DNA of 55,767 bases from Octopus bimaculoides (GCF_001194135.2 NC_068990.1:90229965-90285731); one strand, 5' to 3'; numbered from the stretch's first letter, positions 40,393 to 53,703 are shown. Numbers and translations are program-made. Notes: generated by a model from the sequence alone, not told the origin.

Positions 40393-41767
40393 ATGGCGTT
40401 TCGTAACCGAAGGGTATTTTTTAAAGATCTGGTTTGCCGGACCAGCAGATGGTAATATGCAATCATATATTCTTTAAGGCTGCCTTCCTCTTCGAAGCAA
40501 ACTTTACAATGAACAACTTTGTTAACATTTAACCTTGAAGACTTGTGTGCAATTCAGGTGGGATAGGCATGGCTCTGGCCAATCAGTGCCTGCTGTTTTA
40601 AGCAGGATTCTAAGGTTTTGGAATGTGAGCGTCAGTTCTCTTGACATCTCGTGAGACATCTAGCCAACTGTAGGAAACGAAAATTAGTTTTGCTTAAGCC
40701 AATTATATTTTAAGGCACTCTCCAAGTGGAGAAAGCGGTATTGTCACCATATTTATATAGGGCCATTGTATTTAATGGTAGTGTGTAATTTTGGGAAGAT
40801 TTTGGGAAGATTTTGTTAGTAATTCTAGCAGTTTGAATGATTGCACAACGGCTCTCTGAGTATACATCTCACCCCGCCAAAAATGAAAAAAGAAAAATAA
40901 ATAAAAGTAAAGAAAATCTTAAACAGAAGGTAAACTAATTCGGAGATTGAAGCACTGCTGCTAATTTGCATTTATTCCACGTGAGCTTCAAATGCTGCCT
41001 TGTATTTAAGAAAGAGGTGATCATATGTGAATTATTACTAAATTCCAAACATCGAGTATAAAATAACATAGAATAAATTTAAATAAACAATGTAAAGAAA
41101 ATTATAAAACGACGGGTATTAAAAAATTTCGGAACTACATGCTTCATTTTAATAATATAAAATACTTCAAAAAATATTTTGACCACATTTCTTTTAATAC
41201 TTTTTTTTTAGTCGTAAAATGGAGTTTAGAGAGAGAGAAAAAAAGCTAGAAACAAACAACTAAACAAAACGAATAAATCAGAAACATTGTGAATTTGTAA
41301 ATTAAATTTAAACAAATAAAAAGGCAAAAGTGTAAAAACATTTAACTAAAACCATACATTTTTCAGATCAAACCAGTATTCGTTTTAAAAGAGGAGATGC
41401 TGTGGTTATTTCTCTTGTTTAGCCTCACATCAACCTTGATGTGAGCTATGGTCAAAAGCGTTCCAGCCGTGATACCATTCCTAATTTTTCTATGTATAGC
41501 GAATTCAAGTTCATATTATGGAAATTGCAGCGTTTCATGAGGGCAGACTGTAAACTGAAGTACATTTGGCCGTTATTTCTTGCAAATCGAACGACCCCGT
41601 ACAGGCTCACCTGCTTCCTACCTCTACATCAGTGGTTGTCAACCATTTTGTTTTCCCTATGGAAACCTTTGGTTTCTATTTTAAGCTACGGATCTCCATA
41701 GCCATCCGATGTATATAAAAAAAGATCCTACTGTATTTTATTTATTATTAAATATTAAGAATTGCAC

Positions 41768-41927
41768 GGGCATATGGCGTAGTGGTTAAGAGCGCGGGCT
41801 ACTAACCCCAAGATTCCGAGTTCGATTCCAAGCAGCGACTTGAATAATAATAATAATATCGAAAAATACCTTAGGAATGAGAACCCAAGTTCGAAATTTC
41901 TCCAAGACACCCGATGAAGGCTGGAGG
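41768..41927 (+). mobile_element. Hammerhead-bearing short retroposon, copy 2, with tRNA-like Pol III head; truncated inside the ribozyme
   Basis: A box TGGCGTAGTGG at 41775-41785, B box GTTCGATTCC at 41820-41829, then (TAA)n, the same linker, then GACAC-CCGATGA-AGGCTGGAGG (core U4 changed to C), where the similarity stops. Confidence 0.8.
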
Positions 41928-43254
41928 TGATTTTTGGTGATATATTCAGTTTTTCTCTCTTTGAAACTGTTTCTTTCAGAGAGGAGTCATTAACAAGTAC
42001 GAACCATTTAACAAGTAAGATTTATTTTAAATTTGTCATTTTAATTTCAGTTTCAAAACGAATTAACTATCACTACCTGTATTGGCTTTTTAAATATATT
42101 ATACGTTTACATTAATATATCCACATAAATATTTTTGTCGTTCTTTTCCCCATATTTTCCGCAATGAGATTGTTTAATAATTACATATGATAACTAGATG
42201 AATTGAAATTTGAAATAATTAAAAACGCATATATTATGTTATGCATAAACGCCTGATCTATGCATGTTTAAACATAAGTCCTCATAAGAAAAATAAGACC
42301 GTTAATAAGAAGATAACAAATAACCAGACAAATTTATATTTTGCAAGCATAATTGTTCTCATAATTATAAATTTACAGAATAAACAATTACAAGGGATTT
42401 TAAGAACCCTTAAGAACTTCGCTTCCTTGTACATCATTTAGCTTCATTCTGCTAATTACTAATATAACTGGGTAAGTTCTTGTGTAACACCGTCTATACA
42501 GTTTTTGTTTGCTTCCTAAGGCAATCAATGTTCTTCCAAATATTTCTTCATAAATATCTGTTGACTGACTATAAAGTTTGCCAGCTTAGATACGTTATCA
42601 TTTTTAATTTTTAGCGTTCCTTTCTTAGATAATCGGTTTTGTCTTAGCATATATTTTAATTTTTATTGTCTTTCTGTGTTCTAAATTATATACTTTTTGT
42701 CGGAATATGAACAATTTGAATAGCCTATAACTTTACAATAGTAATTACAGATTTATTTACCAGGCACTATTTAAATGAAATATAACAGCTACAATAATCA
42801 TACATATGGACATTGCTTTATAGATAATTTCGATAATTAATTTCTTAAAGTTACCTAGATGTTATTAGCTATCATTGATTAAGTAAGGTTTTATGATTTT
42901 TGATACACTATAGCCAAAGTAATAAAGCCATGATTTTAATAAAGTTCCAAAATGCTTATATTATTATCTAATTCGATAGAGTATCTTGTATGTATTACTG
43001 ATTAAAATAAGATATGTCCCTAGTATTGACTACAAACCGGAATAAATATGTGATATTTGTATCACTTCAATATAGTCCGTTGTATATTAATCTTTTAAAA
43101 ATCTTTCTATCCCCACTTATTCCCCTTTATTCCTATATCGTCCTGCGATGCAGTTGGACATTTCATCAGTGATGCATCCGAGGATCATTGTGTTGTTTCG
43201 GATCTTTGAACATCAAATACCCACACCCAGGTAACACATCGGATGTTGATTAAA

Positions 43255-44012
43255 GTGTCAACTTGTGTCCAGGAAACATTTCTGGAAATCACTTTTTGGG
43301 ACGCTGTAGATCTGTGACGTCGAATTTTGCTTAATGTCGTCTGTTGACTCAAATCTTCTCCCTTTGAGTGTTTTTTTCTTCTTTGAGCTTTCGAATAGCC
43401 AAAAGTCACACGGTTTAAGCCTGGGAAGTAGAAAACCTGACGAACAAGTAGTGTGCTTTGCTTGATGAGGAATTCTTGGACGACGAGGGCAGAATGAGCG
43501 GGTGCGTTGTCATGGTGGAGCTGTCAGTTCTTTGCTGCCCACAGGTCGGTTCGTTTTCGCCGCACAGCTTCAAGAAGGTGATGAAGAACCTCCAGGTAGT
43601 ATTCGTTGTTAATTGTCTGACCTTCATACATCACTGCCCACTGAGGTCCGTTCATCTCTGAACCGGTTGCACCACTCCTTTATTTATGTTGTTCCTATAA
43701 CATCATCTCCAAAGGTCCTCTGAATCTTCTCGATAGTCTGGGCTTGCGTATTATCAAATTTTTCGCAGAGTTTGATACAATATCTTTGCTGAATGCACTT
43801 GGTCATCTTGACTGAAAAAGAAAAATCGCACATCACAATCGTCACGTCTGTACTCGACACGTCACTGCAGATGAATGGCGCAACATACTGACAAGAACAT
43901 TTGGGGGATTGCACAGGATGGGTGCGGCGATCTAATACCCATGCGGATTTTGCTCACACATTATTATTTTGTGCAAAAAAATCAAGGTCGGATACTTTTT
44001 GACTATACCTCG
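43255..44012 (-). mobile_element. Internally deleted mariner (D34D) transposon with 5' TIR
   Basis: TA-CGAGGTATAGTCAAAAAGTATCCGACC TIR end at 44012. ATG at 43806 begins MTKCIQQRYCIKLCEKF (HTH). The frame jumps near 43628 to EGQTINNEYYLEVL...LHHDNAPAHS...YFPGLN(P)CDF, with 34 residues between the two Asp once one base is restored. No 3' TIR seen. Confidence 0.9.
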
Positions 44013-47000
44013 TATATATACATGCATGTATGTATGTATGTATGTATGTATGTATGTATGTATGTATGTATGTATGTACACACATCTAATTAACGAATGG
44101 TTTCCATACGAAAATGGCGAGTGAAAATTAATGTAATGAATAATTTTGGCTCGCTCCCGATAAAGAAAACGCCTAATATTTTTCACATCAAAGCAAACAA
44201 CTCTCTGGGCCCATACCAAATGTGCTTCTGTGAATATGCAGCATCCGGGGCAAAATCGGTAAAACAGTTTTTAAAAGTAAAATTCAAATTTTTAAAATAG
44301 AAATGATCAGATTGTGGAATGAGTCGTCATTTGTAAATTCGCCATTACGAAAGCAAAGCCTTCACGAAATAACGTTGCTGTGGAAATAGAGAAAGGGATG
44401 ATTTCTAAAATTTAAGTGGTGTCAATTTAAGTGAATTAATTTGGTGTATGAATATTAAATCTGTTATCTGTACCATTTTGAAAAGAAAGGATGAACTAAG
44501 AAGTGCATCCGGTTTAATAATAATATGTGCACCTTGCATACAGATGAGATGGAAAAATCTCTTATTAGTATGGATCGAAGAGAAATTTAACTGGCGATTC
44601 AATAAATGAAGCACGTTTTTGTTAAAAATTTAGTCATTTTTCGAGTAACATAAAAGGGATATTTCTATTTCAAAATTGATAATGAAGTACATTTTAAATT
44701 GTACATTTCAGATTTCGTATACGCATTTGGTAAGACGATTCCTCACAAATCTTTTACAGGCAGTTGAGGGCGTGGGAACGAATAAGAGGAATCCGATTTA
44801 AAATGGTTCAAAGTCGAATTGTAGTTGTAATTATCCGCGGTTAAACCTTAAAATGTCAGTTGATGTAGTGTTATTCTAGGCTAACTAATGAAATGTGCAA
44901 TTGTTTTAGAATGATTTCCTAGTTTATCGAATATATTCAATTGATGTCGAGTTAAAGCATAAAGTACATAACTACTGTACAGAGTTTTGTGACATTAACT
45001 AGGGACATATCCAGATGTATTGTAGTATCGTAGAGAGGCAACAGAAGTGTCCAATTTCTCTCGAGCGTTATCGCAGTCTCACTCAAATATATAGACATTT
45101 ATACAGGATTGAGCTATTTAACCATTTTGCTTGTTTCCATATATGAAGTAACCGAGAGATTTATAGCCAAAAGAGAAGGTCTGAAAGAATTCCACTGAGA
45201 ATAACAGATTTTAGTTTTAGAAATAAAAATAAAGAAGAAAAATATCAAAAAGAAAACAAAATTATTCTCAAAGAGGTTAATGGAAGTGTTATCTGCGAGA
45301 ATAGAATTGTACTTTTGGCCTATCTGCTGTGCTCAGAAGAAATATTCCATTCGAATGGAATTTTATTTTGGGCAGACGACAACCAATTGAACAGGCGATA
45401 GGAATTTATTGCTCAACGATTAGGCAATCTTAAATCTTTCCCAAACTGACAAAACCTCATAAAATCGCTGCATTATCTATACTCTTTATTCTCCATGGCA
45501 TTCAACGATCAGTAAACTTTAAAGACAACCTTCACTCCTATCTTCATCGTCGATTTTTAGTTGATTTATCGGAGTTATCTACCCTACTTATTGCTTTCAG
45601 AATTAAAAAAAACCCATAAAGAGAGATACTGCCTCCTCTCTATCGATTATCTAAGTCAAAAGGTGTTCCTGTCTCACGCAGTTACACACGGGAAAACTTC
45701 TTCAATGTATATTGAGTACCCTAGAAGTAACTCTTCTGTAGTGTGTATTCTGTAGCGGTTCGGGAAAAGAAACTAACGGAAAAATTATCAGATTTAAAGT
45801 AAGTAACGGCGTCGATTTGTTCAACTTAACTCTTGAAGATGGTGTCCAAATAAAAGGTTAAAACGTAAAAAACGATTTCCAATATGATTTGTAAGTTGAT
45901 TTGGCAGACGGAAACTGAAAGAAGCCCGTTATGTATATATGTATTATATATATAATGTGTGTGTGTGTCTTTGTGAGTGTGATTTCCTCCACCACTATTT
46001 GACAACCGGTGTTGGTGTGTTTACATACCCATAACTTAGAGGTAATACCGAGGTCAATTCGTTCGACTAAAATTCTTCAAGGCGGTGCTCCAGCATGGCC
46101 ACAGTTCAATGACTGAACCAAATAAAAAGAATATATAAAGATATAGCAATACTTCAGTGTACTTGCTAAATAGCTTGCTTTTCATTTGATCCCAGTTATT
46201 ACAGAAATTTTATATCGAAGATTCTTAACATATTCATCGGAAACTGAATTCACCGTGAAGAGATTGCTACGAATAATATGTTTGCAAACAGCAATATCAA
46301 TAACAATGGAGAAAAGGAAGAACAACGTCGAAAAAAACTGAAACAAAATTGTGTTTGTTTTAAGCTGCAGAAAAAATTGAAACTGTAAAATGCAGTTTCC
46401 TTGGATTTTTGAACGTGATTATGACTCAAGGAATTGCTATAAAATGGACCCAAATAACCATCTGTTAGTTAAATATATAGAATGAAAACACATTGTGGCG
46501 GATTTCATCAAGGTGGAATTCTTTCGCAACAAATTAATTATACAAGTAAGCAATGTTTGTTGAATGTAAGAGAAAAGTTGATTACAGTTATTTTATTCTC
46601 AAACGTTTGTACAGTAGGCAATGTAAACGAGCATATTCCAAGAATACACGTGTTAACACCAGGTGTGACAATTCGGTTGCCTTCCAATTCTAGTGATGTG
46701 ATCAGTAACCAATAAGATAAGTATGTAAACCGATTGGGATTGCGAAGGAGGGAAACAAGTGAAATGTAGTTTTAATGAAATGTTTTCAAAGAAGATTATG
46801 TTTTTAAAATTCTTGCTACGAGGCTGAACATATAGAAGGATTATTATTGATATGAAATCCACTAAATCGATGTGGATATTGGTATCGGCAAAGAATATAT
46901 ACGTAAGAGTGATAGCCCTACATTTTTGCAAATAAATACCAGAGTATATGTACTCTCGACAAATGCTAAGTAGTATTATGACGATAACAGATGCGTGTTG

Positions 47001-47542
47001 CAAAAAAGTTAACAAGTGTTTAAAAAAGAAAAAAATATATATACATGTTACATTATCTATTCATGTGTGCTGTTTGTTGTCTACGAAGCCGATAATAAAT
47101 AGTCATGAGCACGGAAGACAGAGAGGATCAAAACAAAGATGTTTCTATTTATTCTTAACACATTCCAACAGATTTACGCGTAAATGTTATTTTCGACTTG
47201 GCAGAATCAAGCAAATAATTTGTTTAACTGGATCGTATAAACAAGATCCACAATTCTTGTTAAGATTCGAAGATCTAGAGTGGTTTTGATTTAAGAAACA
47301 CAACAATGTCGAAAGAAAGCAGGGCCACAGCTTCCTTATGCCATTGAATCATGTAAGCTCAAGAGAAATTATTACAATGTTCACGTTCAAATCTGTCAGA
47401 ACACGTTATATAATAATATACCAGTTAAATGGGAACAAAACAGAACCGAAGCTTCCATTCAATGTGGTCCTCGTGGGTAACAGACATATGTATTGATCTA
47501 AAAGTAAAGGTATTTAAGTTGGTAAATACATTTAAAATGAGG

Positions 47543-47580
47543 TTTTGACATTTCGGATATAAGTCCTTCATCGGGGAAAA
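47543..47580 (-). ncRNA. Degenerate hammerhead motif from a second family
   Basis: Minus strand reads UUUUCC-CCGAUGA-A-GGA(CUUAUA)UCC-GAA-AUGU-C-AAAA. Helix II is perfect. The core has U4 changed to C, helix III AUGU is one CpG-type transition from ACGU, and helix I is imperfect. Confidence 0.5.
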
Positions 47581-48219
47581 GAGAAAAGACGCATACTCTT
47601 GCAGTGTTTTACAGTATGGTTAATAACTGTTCACTCTTCTAGTGAATGCTTCTGTTCAAAACATCAGATTTCCGTTGTTCCTCTCAAAAAACCAACACAT
47701 TTTACTCCGTGAACTTTTGATAGAGTAGTGATTGAACAAATAGATATTTTAAGTCTTATTGGTATTACAAGAATGCACTGCATATAGTAAATGAATGAAA
47801 AACTAAACAGAGAAAGGTCGGCAAGTATGAAAATGAAATTGCGAATACTGTTTGATTGAAACTACTGTTAAAACATTCGATGCTGATGGGCTAAACTGGT
47901 TGTTCAGTTCATTGTTTTTTCTTCTTTCATATGCTCATATATCAGATTGTTTGGAAAAACAGTTAAGAAAAACAGTTAAGAACAAAATAAAACAGAAAGA
48001 TTTCAGTCATATGCCGTGCTAGCTTATTTCCAATTATGTAACTTTCTTTTTCCCCGTATTTTTCTTTGCATAGTTTCAAGGAAATATGATACAAATGTTT
48101 CATTTAATATGCAACAATCACTAAGTCTATGAAGAAACAGAATCAGACGCATAAATGGCAATTATTTTCTTGTTCTCATTTTAAGACAGCAATTTACGAA
48201 TTAACTGGACAATGTTGTC

Positions 48220-48978
48220 TCTCTCCGTCTTTCATAATCTCTTTCCATCTTTCACTCTCTTCCCACCTTTGCCACCTTCTTCAATATCACTCTATCTTCT
48301 TTAGTGAGCCACCTCTGCCTATCCCCCTTTTCTACGTTACTGCATTTCCTCCTTCCTTTCATTCCACATTCTCACTCCTCTCTTCCATTTCTCTCACCCC
48401 CTCTTTGCTAACTCAGTCCCTCTTCAATTCACCACTTCTCTCTCACTATCTCTTTTTAGCACCCTACTCCCTCTTTACTCTATCACCACTTCTCTCTCTA
48501 CTTTGTCTCGCTTCTCTCTTTCTTTCAACGCTTCTACCTGTCTCTCCGCTCTTTCTCTCTACAATTCTCACTGTTTTCCTACTTCCAACTATCCCCCCTC
48601 CCTCACTCTTTCTCTTTTCTTAATAACTTATAATTCATTCACATTTCGCTTTTTCTCTTTCTGTTTTTCTCATATTTCTTTCACAATTTCCTTCATTTCA
48701 TCATTTCTTCAGTAAAAAATTCGCTTCCTAATCTCATCACCTCTTTCCCTCTCTTTTCTTCCTTTCTCTCTCTTTCCTTCCTTTCTCTCTCTCTTTTCTT
48801 CCCTTCTCTCTCTTTTCCTTTCTCTCTTTTTTCCTTTCTCTCTCCTATCGGTAATTTTCTTCGTTTTGCTTCGATCATTCGATGTTCCAAACTTCTCCAC
48901 TTTCCACTTCCTTTTCTTCAGTTCCTTAACCATTTCCAAATACTATTTCCCTCTCTCTCTCCTTTTCTGTCTCGCTTT

Positions 48979-49030
<52 letters not shown>

Positions 49031-49420
49031 NNNNNNNNNNCTTTGCTCTCTCTCTCTCTCTCTCTCTCACTCTCTCACTCTTCCTTGCAGTTCCTACCCT
49101 TCACCATTCTCTCTTTCTCACCATATCTCTCCATTCTTTATTTTTCTTCCTCCATTCATCCCACCTTTTCTCTTTACCCAAAACTATCTTCTCTCAATCA
49201 CTCACACTCTCCAATTCTCTCTAAGTAACTCTCTCTATCACTCTCACACACTTATTCTGGCCTCATTCCCTCACTCATATTTCTTCTTACCCTCGCCCCT
49301 TTTCGTTTCTTCTTACAGCCTGTCACCATTCCTCTCTCTCGCTCTCACTAGCTCTTCCTACCTCTCTCTCTCGCTATATTTTCGCCTCTTTCTTTCATTC
49401 TTTCTCTTACTACCTTCTAT
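48220..49420. repeat. ~1.2-kb pyrimidine-rich low-complexity tract including (CT)n
   Basis: The plus strand is strongly C/T-biased with very little G. Confidence 0.95.
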
Positions 49421-50018
49421 TTCCCATAGTCTTTAGGCTGCACTTTTTTATCGTAAAACAATCGAGGACTTCAATATTTATAAACGCAAAATTTAACACT
49501 AAATTAACGAATAAAGAAAAACGAAAACAGCAAATACTCAAGTTNNNNNNNNNNNNNNNNNNNNNNNNNNNNNNNNNNNNNNNNNNNNNNNNNNNNNNNN
49601 NNNNNNNNNNNNNNNNNNNNNNNNNNNNNNNNNNNNNNNNNNNNNNNNNNNNNNNNNNNNNNNNNNNNNNNNNNNNNNNNNNNNNNNNNNNNNNNNNNNN
49701 NNNNNNNNNNNNNNNNNNNNNNNNNNNNNNNNNNNNNNNNNNNNNNNNNNNNNNNNNNNNNNNNNNNNNNNNNNNNNNNNNNNNNNNNNNNNNNNNNNNN
49801 NNNNNNNNNNNNNNNNNNNNNNNNNNNNNNNNNNNNNNNNNNNNNNNNNNNNNNNNNNNNNNNNNNNNNNNNNNNNNNNNNNNNNNNNNNNNNNNNNNNN
49901 NNNNNNNNNNNNNNNNNNNNNNNNNNNNNNNNNNNNNNNNNNNNNNNNNNNNNNNNNNNNNNNNNNNNNNNNNNNNNNNNNNNNNNNNNNNNNNNNNNNN
50001 NNNNNNNNGTGGCAAATA

Positions 50019-50050
<32 letters not shown>

Positions 50051-50052
<2 letters not shown>

Positions 50053-50268
50053 CTTTATTGCCCACAGGGGGCTAAACACAGAGGAGACAAACAAAGAGAT
50101 TAAGTCGATTACATCGACCCCAATGCGTAACTGGTACTTATTTAATCGACCCCGAAAGGATGAAAGGCAAAGTCGACCTAGGCGGAATTTGAACTCAGAA
50201 CGTAACGGCAGACGAAATACCGCTGAGCATTTCGCCCGGCGTGCTAACGATTCTGCCAGCTCGCCCCC
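50051..50268 (-). mobile_element. Near full-length tRNA-derived SINE with Deu/Nin-like central domain
   Basis: Minus strand GGCGAGCTGGCAGAATCG (A box), GAGTTCAAATTCC (B box), GTCGACTTTGCCTTTCATCCTTTCGGGGTCGA..AATAAGTACCAG central domain, and an AATAAAG/(TA)n tail. This is the best-preserved copy. Confidence 0.9.
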
Positions 50269-52260
50269 ACTATAATATATATATGTTTGTGTATCTCTGT
50301 TTTTCACCCACTATTATATATAGCGTCGTAATGTATTTTAGCCTGTTATAGTTATTTTAACATCCTCTGCCTGAAGAGTATGGTTCGGCTAAACATTCAT
50401 TTATTAAAATTATCAAACCTCTCATATCCCTTAAAGTTTTAACTCTTTGAATCCATTAACTCTGATGAGAGAAATATAAATAATTGCTATGGCTGGAGTT
50501 TACTCGCCCATATCAACCTATATATTCTCGAAACGGCTGTAATATTTTTTACTTATTTAGGATTCCTCGTGAATCATTTTACACCTGCTTTCTTATCTAC
50601 CCACCTCATTGATTCAAATTCTGACAATCGGACTTCACAAGTACATCTATTTATTTATATTTATGTGTTTATATATCTATGAATTTTTATGCGTTTGTAG
50701 ATTTTTACATATCTATAAATTTTTATAAATTTATAAATCTTCGTATATGTATGTGTTTATAAATTCTTATAAAGTTTTATCACATCTCATATATGTGAAG
50801 ATATCTTTGTATATTGTATACCATGGAGAATTTCGATAATGTGATATGGATTGAATGAATATATACATCGACCTTTGAAATTTGTTTTTCTCCTCCTTAA
50901 GTGATANNNNNNNNNNNNNNNNNNNNNNNNNNNNNNNNNNNNNNNNNNNNNNNNNNNNNNNNNNNNNNNNNNNNNNNNNNNNNNNNNNNNNNNNNNNNNN
51001 NNNNNNNNNNNNNNNNNNNNNNNNNNNNNNNNNNNNNNNNNNNNNNNNNNNNNNNNNNNNNNNNNNNNNNNNNNNNNNNNNNNNNNNNNNNNNTATGTAT
51101 GTATGTATGTATGTATGTATGCATGCATGCATATGTATGTATGTATATATATATGTATGTATGTATATATGTATGTATGTATGTATGTATATGTATATGT
51201 ATATGTTTGTGTGTCTCGGTTTGTCCCCCAGTATCACTTGACAACCGATGGTGGTGTCTTTACGTCCCCGTAAATTAGCGGTTCGGTGTGTATGGGGGTT
51301 TGTGTGTGTATGCAAAAAAAAAAAAATGTACATGAGCATAAAGATACGTGAACACGCAGTAACACACACATTCATATTTGCATTCTGAAATATATTTTGT
51401 TGAATTATATCTTTGTGTCTCTATAGGAGGGATTTTTTTTTTATTAAACCTAAGCCAATTATCAATTTCTTTTTTGTCTGTATCTATAAAAACGTAAACA
51501 GGGCATTCGGTACAGTTTCTTTGAGGACAGATTTTAATCATTTAATCATTATTGGCTGTTACGTTACTCCGAATACTACGTTTTCCCGATACTCTGAACT
51601 ATTTCGATATCAATAATACATTCTTGTCTTTCTTTTCATCCCTCTCCTTTTTCTTTTTTTAATAAAAACTGTAATTGTTGTTAGTTCTCGCAGAATAAAG
51701 ACCAAAGTTTATTGTTTGATATATTAGGAACGCATTTCTAGCGGAAGTGGTTTTAGTAACAATATCAAATAAATATTTATTAAATTAATTCAATAAAATA
51801 TATATTCTATATTGTATTTAATAAAACTTGCCTCATTTACAATTTACAAAAATGTCGTGACAATATACAAACACAAAATCAAATATGTGTGTATTTATAA
51901 TCTCATATGCATAGGCATTGCCGAATATTTAATAAGCTTTCTGCACAATCGAAAACAATCTGTTTGGAACAAACAAGGCGACACTTTAGTAAACTGTCTT
52001 CTGTGTTGGTCATAATAGATGACAGTTAACTGAAGTCTCGCAAAGCCATATATCTTGCAAATGAAAACATGCAGGTGGAAACTGTGTAGAAGACACATAC
52101 AGTTCAGCGGAGAGATACATACTTCATGTACAACTAAATATTAAACCACGTAGCTATGGACGTGTGTTTATTTATGCACCCTCATTGATACATATATGTG
52201 TATGTGTATGTGTGTCTGTGAGTGTGTGTATATGTTTTTGCCTGTGTGTGTGTGAATTAA

Positions 52261-52615
52261 GGCTACTATTGGTCTCATGTTAAGAACAGTAGGAAAATAT
52301 TCTAGTGTCTTAACAATTTTTCCAGCCTATCACATGGAGAAAGGTGTTCGCCTCCATTTTAGAAAACAGTCTCGCATCGATCACGGCATTTCTCGTAAAT
52401 TTGCGTAAATAAAACATGTAAAATAAAAATTAATAACGTCCCTTGATTCATTGATTCATTGTTTTATTTACGCGAATTTACGAGAAATCCCGTGAACGAA
52501 GCGAGACTGTTTCCCAATATGGAGGCGAACGCCCTTCTCCATCTGATTGGCTTGAAAAACTGCTAAGACATTAGGATATTTTCCTACTTTTCTTAACAGG
52601 AAACTAATGGTAGCC
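52261..52615. mobile_element. Foldback MITE with ~150-bp inverted arms flanked by TTAA (Kolobok-like)
   Basis: TTAA-GGCTAC...GTAGCC-TTAA. The arms pair along their length (e.g. GTTCGCCTCCAT/ATGGAGGCGAAC, CGTAAATTTGCGTAAATAAAAC/GTTTTATTTACGCGAATTTACG). Confidence 0.85.
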
Positions 52616-52640
52616 TTAATTCACAAACAGATAGATATAT

Positions 52641-52750
<110 letters not shown>

Positions 52751-53670
52751 AGAGAGATACAGGGTGATTGAGAGTGAGAAAGAGATGTATAGGTATTTAA
52801 TTCAAATGCATATATAAACTTGTGTGAGGCATAGACGCAATATGGTATGGTCGCGTGACTGAGCAGTTTATTATACGAAGACGCGGTTATTAGTATGATG
52901 CTGTACTGTGAAATATTAATGAGGTGCCTTCTTCAACATCGTACCACCTAGAGACGGAAGATGGTGTCAAGCTTGGATGGATTGCAAATTGAATTCAAAG
53001 ATCCAGTCGTGTACTCTAAGCCATTCTATTTTTCACTGAGATACATATTAAGCCATTTCCGATTTAATCAGATGAAATTTTTGAGTACCTAAACACGCAT
53101 CTATAAAACCGCTGGAGAGCCATTTTACATTTCTGCATGTATATATATTTATTACTTACGGCGATCTACATGACAAATTGCAAGATAGACATAAATACAA
53201 ATTGGATATAATACATATAATTTCTGTATGCTTCTCTCTCGAAACACTCATTTCTGAAAGTTACGCATATATATATTTCAATGTTTTTTTTATTTTTTAT
53301 AAAAACATAACAACCGGAAAATTTAACAAAAGCACAGAAAATTNNNNNNNNNNNNNNNNNNNNNNNNNNNNNNNNNNNNNNNNNNNNNNNNNNNNNNNNN
53401 NNNNNNNNNNNNNNNNNNNNNNNNNNNNNNNNNNNNNNNNNNNNNNNNNNNNNNNNNNNNNNNNNNNNNNNNNNNNNNNNNNNNNNNNNNNNNNNNNNNN
53501 NNNNNNNNNNNNNNNNNNNNNNNNNNNNNNNNNNNNNNNNNNNNNNNNNNNNNNNNNNNNNNNNNNNNNNNNNNNNNNNNNNNNNNNNNNNNNNNNNNNN
53601 NNNNNNNNNNNNNNNNNNNNNNNNNNNNNNNNNNNNNNNNNNNNNNNNNNNNNNNNNNNNNNNNNNNNNN

Positions 53671-53703
<33 letters not shown>

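Noticed and set aside
41768-41840. Stand-alone tRNA gene
   Set aside because: A and B boxes are present but there is no convincing acceptor stem or oligo-T terminator, and it runs directly into repeat sequence. Treated as a SINE head.
43140-43215. GAAAC followed by CTGATGA on the minus strand next to the mariner (type II hammerhead order)
   Set aside because: Helices I, II and III cannot be formed.
44100-44355. Possible MITE with AATGGCGA/TCGCCATT ends
   Set aside because: The inverted match is too short and there is no TSD.
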